Shown piece by piece: positions 56,389 through 64,000 of a stretch of DNA of 64,000 bases (its first letter is position 1; each line of letters opens with the position of its first letter). The translations under genes were made by a program, and so were the position numbers. The stretch is from the IMG/VR virus record IMGVR_UViG_3300005056_000001, positions 1 to 64,000 of that record; one strand, 5' to 3'. Under the pieces are notes generated by a model, which worked only from the letters and a program-made list of their open reading frames with translations, made no database searches and had not been told where the DNA came from.

Positions 56389-56515
56389 GATATTTTTTTA
56401 ATGCTATGTTATTGATTGATGTAAATGTATGCAAAAATATATTGTTATCAAAATGTATTTGTTGGTTTTAACATTTCTTTAACACTTCATATTGTTTTTG
56501 CGTTGGTTGAAATCC

Positions 56516-57433
56516 CTAAGAGAGGTATACCATGCTATCCACAAACCTCTTTGTTTTTGGTGGCATATATTCAATGTCATTACAGAACACATCCATACGC
56601 TCTAGCCGATCTGTGATAATGTTGTCCATTGTCTCAGGGAACGCCTTAATGTAATTATTGTCAAGAAATAACTTTTCTATGCTGTCTAGACCACCAATAG
56701 AGTCAGGAATTGTACTTATTCTGTTATCCGAGAAACACAAAAACGTTACATTTTTCAAATTTCCGATATTTGAAGGAATAGCCTCCAACTGATTAAAACG
56801 AAATATTGCATACTCAAGACGTTCTAAATCACAAAAGCTATCAGGAATCTTTTTTAACTTTGTTCCTTGGCAATAAAAATATACCAACGATTTGAGGTTG
56901 CCTAGGTTTTCGGATAGACGTTCTATGTTGTTGCGTCCAATATTTAAAGTGTACAACCTAGGCATTTCATAAATACTATCAGGAATACCTGTCAAAAAAT
57001 TATCGTCCAAGTCTAAACGTTCTAAATTCTCAAGATTACCGATACATTTATTAACAGACGACATCCTGTTGTTTCTAAGACAAAGAGATGTTAAACATCC
57101 AAGGTTGCCTATGGTGTCGGGAAGTGTTGTTATATGATTATTACTAAGGTGTAATTGTTTTAAGTTAGTTAAAAGCTCTATGCTGTCAGGAACATATTTC
57201 ACTCTATTCGAAGTTATTGAAAGCTCCTCCATGTCGTGTATATACATGACCAATGACTTCGGGACACAAGCCCTAGTGTCAAAAATATCATTATCCTCAA
57301 GCCACCCATTCAGCTTTTTATATGACCCTAAATCCAATTCGATATCGTTCGACTTTGCCAACTCAAACCCCAATTCTATATTCGACTCGTCGCCTGTTTT
57401 GAGCAAAGACATAATTTTTTCTTTTCTGTACAT
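56516..57433 (-). CDS. leucine-rich repeat protein
   Basis: About 9-10 repeats of a 23-aa LxxLxLxxNxLxxLPxxIxxL pattern. Confidence 0.9.
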   Translation of the reverse strand: MYRKEKIMSLLKTGDESNIELGFELAKSNDIELDLGSYKKLNGWLEDNDIFDTRACVPKSLVMYIHDMEELSITSNRVKYVPDSIELLTNLKQLHLSNNHITTLPDTIGNLGCLTSLCLRNNRMSSVNKCIGNLENLERLDLDDNFLTGIPDSIYEMPRLYTLNIGRNNIERLSENLGNLKSLVYFYCQGTKLKKIPDSFCDLERLEYAIFRFNQLEAIPSNIGNLKNVTFLCFSDNRISTIPDSIGGLDSIEKLFLDNNYIKAFPETMDNIITDRLERMDVFCNDIEYMPPKTKRFVDSMVYLS

Positions 57434-57445
57434 TATAATATATTT

Positions 57446-58105
57446 TTATAAAATATCAGCCTTCTTTGCGCCTTGAGCAAATTCTTTGCAATACATCAAA
57501 TCACTGTTAAGAATCCATTTCTTGTCACTCCCATGATAAAACATGGTTCGGTCACCCTCGACAGAGATTATGTCATTCACAGGAATAGCCACCACACATG
57601 TCCCATCGTTATAATAACGATGTGTTTTTGGTGTTCTCCTCCAACACATTTCATAATACTTGCTAGTAAAGGAATAAAACCTTTCGTTGTGAAACATTGC
57701 CTTAAATTCGATGTAGATTTCTTCGCCTGTCTCGGCACAAAAAATAGGAAATGTGTCGTAGTTAACAAAAAATCTTGGAACATCCTCCACAGCCTTTTGG
57801 TTGTCAAAATCAATCACATCCTTGTTCATGGGAGAGATAGAGTTCATGACATATCTAAAATCAACAAGATCATCTTTCATTGAGGACAAGGCATTGCTAA
57901 TTGTTGAGTCCTCAAGAAATGTGGTTGGCGTCTCACACAGCTCCTTAAATGTCGGGCTTTGCTTGCACATGGCATCCACACACATCTCCAAAAATTTAAA
58001 ATTTCCTTGCAACTGAATGTTGTTCAAGATATGCGACAGTTCGCCACATGTTGTCTTGTCTAATATATGTCTTGTTAGCTGCTTTTTTATTTTAGTATGT
58101 TCCAT
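57446..58105 (-). CDS. hypothetical protein
   Basis: ORF. Confidence 0.7.
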   Translation of the reverse strand: MEHTKIKKQLTRHILDKTTCGELSHILNNIQLQGNFKFLEMCVDAMCKQSPTFKELCETPTTFLEDSTISNALSSMKDDLVDFRYVMNSISPMNKDVIDFDNQKAVEDVPRFFVNYDTFPIFCAETGEEIYIEFKAMFHNERFYSFTSKYYEMCWRRTPKTHRYYNDGTCVVAIPVNDIISVEGDRTMFYHGSDKKWILNSDLMYCKEFAQGAKKADIL

Positions 58106-58210
58106 TGCTCTAGATTAAGATATTTTGTAATTCTTTCAAGACCCCAATATATAAAAAATTCCCCAAACAAAAAAGTCTGCACCAATAAAGATACAGACTT
58201 TAACGTTTTG

Positions 58211-58645
58211 TTAATACTTACAACCACCACGCTGCATACCACGCTGCATACCATGTTCTTCGACACAACCAATCACAAAATGACCGATTTGAATGTGAGT
58301 TCCTTCGTCAGAACAAACAAAGGACTTGTCGAACTTAACAATTTGTCCAAAGAATTTTTCTTTGTTTTTCATGTTTTTGTTAATCTCTTCAACACTTGTC
58401 TCCTTGTCTACCAATAACATACCAACAGGAATACACCCAATAGTAACCGAATCAATCGGATAAGTATTTCCGTAATTGTCTGATTGTGTCAAGTCTTGCG
58501 ACAGGTAGGCCGCAAAAAAAGGAATGTCATTAAATACTTGATTGTCTTCTGATTTGTCTTTTGCATCCAAAAATTTGTCCCATGATTTGTTAAATACATA
58601 ACAAGGGTCTCCTATATAATATAATCCTGCTTTCAGTATTGTCAT
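58211..58645 (-). CDS. hypothetical phage protein (GDPCY motif)
   Basis: YYIGDPCYVF...YPIDS..IG.IP. Confidence 0.7.
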   Translation of the reverse strand: MTILKAGLYYIGDPCYVFNKSWDKFLDAKDKSEDNQVFNDIPFFAAYLSQDLTQSDNYGNTYPIDSVTIGCIPVGMLLVDKETSVEEINKNMKNKEKFFGQIVKFDKSFVCSDEGTHIQIGHFVIGCVEEHGMQRGMQRGGCKY

Positions 58646-58795
58646 GATAATATGTTTTGCTTTTTTGATCCGATGATACCATCGGGTTGTTATTAATTAC
58701 AAGAACAATATTACAACAAAAAATCCGTACCCACAAGCGTGGGCACGGATTTTAACATTTAATTAACAATTATTTTTATCAAAACGTCATACGTA

Positions 58796-59371
58796 TCAAT
58801 CATTGAATCTAAACTTATAAACCAATGAGCTTTTTTCAAGGAAGACATAGTATACGATGTCCGACTGTGACAATTCCTCGTAGCGGACATCATCAATGCT
58901 TGGTATATTAATATTTGTCGTCGCATTACCAACAATCAACCCTCTTTGGGTTGTTGTTTTGGTCATATTTCGGTTGAGTTCGGCTTTGAATAACTGTGCC
59001 TTTAGAGATTGGTCATAAAGAGTAACCGAACAGTCTGAATCACCTAGCTTTTCCAACAGCTCGTTTAGATTTGTTGGGTTGCTGTAGCTTTTTAGGTTTT
59101 CAGAAATACTACCTCTGCCAATTTTATATTTCTTGTTCAGTGCATCAATTTCCTTCTTAACCTCTTTTATATATTGGTTATGAATAGCCGAACACTCATC
59201 CTTGAGGTCTGCCATCTTTACAATATCCTCGTCTAATGCTTTTTTGGCAAATTCGGCACCAACCAAGGACTGCATACTTTCTCTAATAATGTTGGCCTTT
59301 TTTTGTACCTCCTTAGAGGACATTTGGTCAAAACGTTTACTTTCGTTAAATACTTTAAATTTTTGTCTCAT
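58796..59371 (-). CDS. hypothetical protein
   Basis: ORF with N-terminal FKVFNES. Confidence 0.65.
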   Translation of the reverse strand: MRQKFKVFNESKRFDQMSSKEVQKKANIIRESMQSLVGAEFAKKALDEDIVKMADLKDECSAIHNQYIKEVKKEIDALNKKYKIGRGSISENLKSYSNPTNLNELLEKLGDSDCSVTLYDQSLKAQLFKAELNRNMTKTTTQRGLIVGNATTNINIPSIDDVRYEELSQSDIVYYVFLEKSSLVYKFRFND

Positions 59372-59395
59372 TTTTGTGTTTTATTGTTTAATACC

Positions 59396-59998
59396 CTATG
59401 TACAACTTTCGCCAAAACACTTTTCATACTCACCAACAATATTTTCCTTGTACAGCTTCTCGTAAATCTTTTTGTACTCGACCTCGTCATAGCTGTCGTC
59501 TTTTTTAACGGTGGCCTTGTGGGCTGCGCTTCGGGCAATGACATAGGTGGACTCATGAGCCGTCCATATACGGTCTTCGTGACCGTCTCTGTCCGAGAAT
59601 TGCTCAAGAACGTGCTTATTCTCATTAAAAACCGTGTCGTGGAATACCTCACGTTTCTTTTCTGCCCTCATAGTATTCTTGAAGCGCACATCCTCATCAT
59701 GAATATATTTATAAACCTTCTCAAGTGCCTCTTCGATTGTTTTACCATCAAAGCTTGCCATACCCCCACCCGTTGCTCTTGCATCAAAAACAGGATCGCA
59801 GTTTCCCCATTGTGCAATTCTTACAATAACGTTATAGATACTATCCTCTCCTAGGGAAAGAAACTCGGATGAACATGTTGAGATGCCGTCCCAAACACTG
59901 CCATCCTTCAAACCATCTTGGTATTTTTTCCATCCCTTGTCAACAAGATCCTTTATTTTTTGGATGTCAAACTTGGACGGTATATATGTAGTTTTCAT
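59396..59998 (-). CDS. hypothetical protein
   Basis: ORF. Confidence 0.7.
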   Translation of the reverse strand: MKTTYIPSKFDIQKIKDLVDKGWKKYQDGLKDGSVWDGISTCSSEFLSLGEDSIYNVIVRIAQWGNCDPVFDARATGGGMASFDGKTIEEALEKVYKYIHDEDVRFKNTMRAEKKREVFHDTVFNENKHVLEQFSDRDGHEDRIWTAHESTYVIARSAAHKATVKKDDSYDEVEYKKIYEKLYKENIVGEYEKCFGESCT

Positions 59999-60094
59999 AA
60001 TATTATTTTAAGTGTTCTAAAATTCTGTTTTTGTGTCGTGGGGTATTAATGTTATATTAGACACCAAGATACAAAAAGATTCCGATATATTGTA

Positions 60095-60346
60095 TTATAC
60101 TCTATATTTTTCAGGAAAATCAGGAAGTGGTTGCCATTCTATTGGTTCCCATCCCTGTCCTGCATTTTCTTGGGCCATTACCCATTTGTTTATGTTGCCC
60201 AAAATATAGCCCGTGTGTTGTTCGTATGATATTTTAGCAGCCACACCGCTTTCGAATAATGGCTGTGTAAGTCTTACGATAACAAGCACCATGGTGTCAA
60301 CAGGAGGAAGGGTTTTGTTTATGTCAATCCATTTGTTTTGCTTCAT
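60095..60346 (-). CDS. DUF551-like protein
   Basis: WIDINKTLPP...VLV...EWQPLPDFP. Confidence 0.7.
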   Translation of the reverse strand: MKQNKWIDINKTLPPVDTMVLVIVRLTQPLFESGVAAKISYEQHTGYILGNINKWVMAQENAGQGWEPIEWQPLPDFPEKYRV

Positions 60347-60361
60347 GTTTTTTCATTAAAA

Positions 60362-63328
60362 TTACACAATCTTAGAAGTTCCCCATGACAGACTTTTCTT
60401 GCCGTCATTGTCCTCGGTGCGCTCCATTAGATTATCAAACAAAGTCGAATCAATTCCAAATTCTTCAAATACTCCATCAAGCGTGGCGGTGTCTTTGGTT
60501 TTGATAAACTCGTTAATTTTTTCTTTGTCCATTAGCAGGGCCAAGATGTTTTTTTCTATTGTTCCGTCATACGACACGAAATGTACATCAGTATGATTCA
60601 CAGAATTATAACGAATGAAACGGAAATAAAACTGTTCCATTCTTGGGATATTCCATTGAAGACCCTCGATGATTACCTTGTCACAAGTCGGAATGTTAAC
60701 CGATGACTTCAGGGATTGTTGTGTGCATACCAAAATACCATTCTCTGTGGCCTCGAATCTGTCTAGGATTGGTTGACGCTTGTCGATACTTACGTCCCCT
60801 GTAATCACAAAAATTTGACGCTCAGGAAAAAGAATTGTAAGGTTTTCGACATATAGTTTTATGGTTTCTTTTCGGGTACATCCAATTGCAACTTTTTCGT
60901 CAAATTTTTGACACAATTGGGCAATTTTATAAAACTTGGTTGGTAGGTCTCCCTTGTAATCCGAAAATGAATTCGGGGTACTACATGCCTTGTACAACAA
61001 TTGCATTTGGCGAACTATTCTGAGGGCAGCATCTTTTCGTGTGCTGCCTGTTGACCCATAAAACTCGCTGATTATGCGGTGGAACTCACGGATTATCACG
61101 CCATAAATTCTTGCCTCATCGGCTGTTTGGTTCACATACTCTGTGTGTACCGTGAATTTTTCTCCTGCAATTTCTTTGAATTTTCTTGTTATGATTGATT
61201 GGTCAATGATCGAGACCAATTTGTCTTGATTGAAAACGTCTTGGTTTTGTTTCTTGATTCCAAAAACGGTTGCCTTGGAAGGATTAAAACAAGACTTGAA
61301 TTGTCCGAATCCCAAACGTGCCTTGTATGGCTGCATGTGGTTTTTATTGTCACGACTTTTTATGTCGCCTTCCTTGTTTTGGACATAGGTCATTTTACAG
61401 GAGTCCAACATATTCACAGAATTATTGAACAACAATTCTAATTGTGGGTATAGTTCTGTGATATTGTTTCTTGTGGTGGTTCCTGTTGCCAAAAACTTTC
61501 TTTTAACACGTCTAAAAATGTCACGGCTTGCACGAGATCGTTTTGATGTGTTTGAACAAATTTCGTCGGACTCATCCATGACAAGACAAACCTTATTACT
61601 CAACGACTTAACCAATTTTTGTAGCTCTTTTTTGAACTTGATAAGCATATTAAAACTAATCAACACAATAGAACCACTGTTTAAAATATGGCTTCTTTTG
61701 GTTATTATGGTATACTCCTCGCCCTGTGTATTCAAAAACTCTGTCCATGTTGTTTTAATGGCCAAAGAAGGAGCCACTATAAATGTTTTTTTGACTTTTG
61801 GTTGGTTGTATTTTGCAAATGCATAACACCCGCCCGTTTTTCCGCAACCCTGTTGCCAATTACAGATTGAATATTGTTTTTGTAAAAAAAGGTTTAGGTC
61901 ATGCGCCTGTATATTATTAAACTTACAGGTCACGGTTTTTTTGTTGCCTAATTTGTCGGTGTCTTCTCTCAGAAAACTAAAATCTTTTAACCATGCAGCA
62001 ATAGACTCACTTTGGGTCATTTCTGAAAATGGTGTTGTTATCTTTTTATTCTCTGCGATCTTGCGTGTGATCAGTTTATTGTATGGGTGGTCAAGATCTT
62101 TTGTCGGTATAAGGTTGGTACCCAACACCAAGTCGCTAAGGGAATACTTTTTCTTTTGTGCCTTTGGGGCCTTACCCTTGACAACAAAGCCATGACGGTG
62201 TTTTACGACTCTTAGAGTCTTGTTGGCCGCCTTTTTATTTTGGGTCTTAACAATTCTTTTTAGATAGGCAAGAACCTTGTTTTCGGTAAGCATTTTCTTG
62301 CTCCATTCGCTGTCCTCCATGCCCATTGGCTTGGTCTGTGTATTGAATTTTTCGATATACGAAATCGCACTGTCCAACTTGGCAGATATTTCGCCGTGTT
62401 GCTTGATTTCAAAAAGGTATTTCTTGACTCTAAACCCAAAATCATCATTTGTTAGCGACTTGTTAAACTCAAGACGTAACGCCGATTTAATATTGTGGCG
62501 CAATGCCAATTTCTTGGAAATTTCTGATTTTGTGCTAACACTATTCGTGTAAGGAACATCCTTGAGATGTTCGGACTTTTTTTGAAGATAGATAACCTTG
62601 GTATTATAATTCTTTACCCCCAAGGCACCAAAGGCATCATTTGTCAGTTGATATTGACCCACGAAATTAAACATCCTGTCTAGGTCATTTATTTGAGACT
62701 TATAATACATCTCGTCGCCAAGGTACGAAGTCGGAACAATGGCCGCCACAACCCCGCCATTTTTTAACATCTTGGCACACATTTTAAAAAACAGTGCATG
62801 GCTTCTGACATGCGTGTTTGTTTCGGTGTCGAACCACTCAAGACTAAAAGGAGGATTGCCCAACACGACATCAAACTTATTTTCGATGGTATTGTTTGGC
62901 AGACTTGCCTCGGTAAAGTCTGCATCAGGATACAGACGGTTGGCAACCTGCACAGACTTTGGACAAATATCCATCCCATGAAAAACGGATTCGTTAGGCA
63001 CAAAATTACAAAACACACCCATTCCACATGTCGGATCCACAATCAATTCGTTTGAGGCAAGACCCACGATATCCACAATATCACTTGCAATCATGGCAGG
63101 TGTATAAAATTGGCCATTCTCGACCTCCTTTTTTGCTGCCGAGTACTCATAGTAATTACGATAGTCTTTAAATTCTAAACCATGCAACCCTCCATCACCC
63201 GTATAGGCATTAAAAATTTGCTCATTGCTAATGGCAGCGGAATCCAATTGGATTGCCATTAAGATCTTACTATTGACCGTTTTGCGGTGGTCTTGTGGTA
63301 TTGTATCGGTAAGGATATTGTATTTCAT
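60362..63328 (-). CDS. N6-adenine DNA methyltransferase / SNF2-type helicase fusion (DarB-like)
   Basis: GQFYTP, DPTCGMG, NPPF; helicase QQGCGKT, MDESD, ATGT, SVNI, QFYFRFIR. Confidence 0.8.
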   Translation of the reverse strand: MKYNILTDTIPQDHRKTVNSKILMAIQLDSAAISNEQIFNAYTGDGGLHGLEFKDYRNYYEYSAAKKEVENGQFYTPAMIASDIVDIVGLASNELIVDPTCGMGVFCNFVPNESVFHGMDICPKSVQVANRLYPDADFTEASLPNNTIENKFDVVLGNPPFSLEWFDTETNTHVRSHALFFKMCAKMLKNGGVVAAIVPTSYLGDEMYYKSQINDLDRMFNFVGQYQLTNDAFGALGVKNYNTKVIYLQKKSEHLKDVPYTNSVSTKSEISKKLALRHNIKSALRLEFNKSLTNDDFGFRVKKYLFEIKQHGEISAKLDSAISYIEKFNTQTKPMGMEDSEWSKKMLTENKVLAYLKRIVKTQNKKAANKTLRVVKHRHGFVVKGKAPKAQKKKYSLSDLVLGTNLIPTKDLDHPYNKLITRKIAENKKITTPFSEMTQSESIAAWLKDFSFLREDTDKLGNKKTVTCKFNNIQAHDLNLFLQKQYSICNWQQGCGKTGGCYAFAKYNQPKVKKTFIVAPSLAIKTTWTEFLNTQGEEYTIITKRSHILNSGSIVLISFNMLIKFKKELQKLVKSLSNKVCLVMDESDEICSNTSKRSRASRDIFRRVKRKFLATGTTTRNNITELYPQLELLFNNSVNMLDSCKMTYVQNKEGDIKSRDNKNHMQPYKARLGFGQFKSCFNPSKATVFGIKKQNQDVFNQDKLVSIIDQSIITRKFKEIAGEKFTVHTEYVNQTADEARIYGVIIREFHRIISEFYGSTGSTRKDAALRIVRQMQLLYKACSTPNSFSDYKGDLPTKFYKIAQLCQKFDEKVAIGCTRKETIKLYVENLTILFPERQIFVITGDVSIDKRQPILDRFEATENGILVCTQQSLKSSVNIPTCDKVIIEGLQWNIPRMEQFYFRFIRYNSVNHTDVHFVSYDGTIEKNILALLMDKEKINEFIKTKDTATLDGVFEEFGIDSTLFDNLMERTEDNDGKKSLSWGTSKIV

Positions 63329-63427
63329 GCTATCTGTTTGTTTTTATGATAATGCTAAGGTAGTAATTTTTGGATAGGTGCAAGTGTATTTGGTTATTTT
63401 AACAAAATATTAACACTTGGGATGTGT

Positions 63428-64000
63428 TTAAACGTTTCGAGTTCCGCAATCCTTAACGATAAACCTGTCAACACCCCATAGCTTTGTAAGATGTTTTTTG
63501 AGCATACTCACATTTTTAATTCGATGGCCAATCGTCCATGTCTTTCGTTCACCATTGTAGTCTGCAAAATACTTTGTACAGGTGCTACGTGTTGAACTGT
63601 AAGGTTTTGATTTCCACGACTCACGTATTTTGTACAACACAAGACTTCCATCAAGACTTTCGAATTTTAAATAATTTTTTGCCTCTACATTACCATTTTC
63701 TGCACGTTTTCTGAATTCATTCATAAACATAAGTCTTGAATTCTTTAACGTCCCAAACATAGCAGCAATAAGTTCTATATTTGTCATGTCTCTCACATCT
63801 TCCTTCTGTACAGTGTAATACTTGTATAGTCTATGCTCATTGTCTTCTACCTTGTCAACGTTGTCTACCGAAATTGGGTTACCACGTTCCATCGAAACCA
63901 AAACTAAGCGTGATTCGATTTCCTTGAACGTTTCAAAAAGAATATTTTTATTGCTCCATATTTCAGAAAGACTATCAACAAACTTACATACTTTTCTTAC
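63428..64000 (-). CDS. hypothetical protein, 5' end beyond the window
   Basis: Frame stays open from 63901 to 64000. Confidence 0.6.
   Translation of the reverse strand, partial: VRKVCKFVDSLSEIWSNKNILFETFKEIESRLVLVSMERGNPISVDNVDKVEDNEHRLYKYYTVQKEDVRDMTNIELIAAMFGTLKNSRLMFMNEFRKRAENGNVEAKNYLKFESLDGSLVLYKIRESWKSKPYSSTRSTCTKYFADYNGERKTWTIGHRIKNVSMLKKHLTKLWGVDRFIVKDCGTRNV

Noticed and set aside
1-64000. Stop-codon reassignment, as in some Bacteroidota phages
   Set aside because: Long genes are intact in the standard code, TAA/TAG/TGA all end closely packed genes, and no suppressor tRNA is present (the TGA anticodon reads UCA, Ser).

Overview
A 64-kb segment of a large, AT-rich, tailed (probably jumbo myovirus-like) phage genome using the standard genetic code. 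A Bacteroidota host is inferred from the TAnnTTTG -7 promoter elements, A-rich translation starts lacking Shine-Dalgarno sites, and Bacteroidota-style HigA and LRR proteins. Most of the window is dense minus-strand small hypothetical genes. Replication and transcription genes: a 1750-aa AEP primase/SF2 helicase fusion, a RuvC-like resolvase, a gp32-like SSB and two tandem sigma-70-like paralogs. Probable virion genes: a DUF2793 fibre, a tape-measure-like protein, tail/neck proteins and internal head proteins. Host-interaction genes: patatin, an HslV-like Ntn protease, DUF262, three Tad2/DUF2829-like paralogs, GNAT, an orphan HigA, an RNA ligase, a PPDK-like phosphotransferase, an LRR protein and a DarB-like MTase-helicase. 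RNA genes: four conventional tRNAs (Ala, His, Tyr, Ser). The most unusual signals are non-coding: (1) a 77-nt tRNA-like gene with a UAU anticodon whose D-arm elements appear reordered around the anticodon arm; (2) a ~127-nt tRNA-mimic with D and T arms but two hairpins in place of the anticodon arm; (3) a ~280-nt repeat-bearing structured unit upstream of the tRNA cluster; (4) two promoter classes, namely host-type promoters with a fixed-distance TTAACR-N5-TTAACA box and a GTACATA motif before virion-type genes. All functional calls come from motif recognition by eye; no searches were run.
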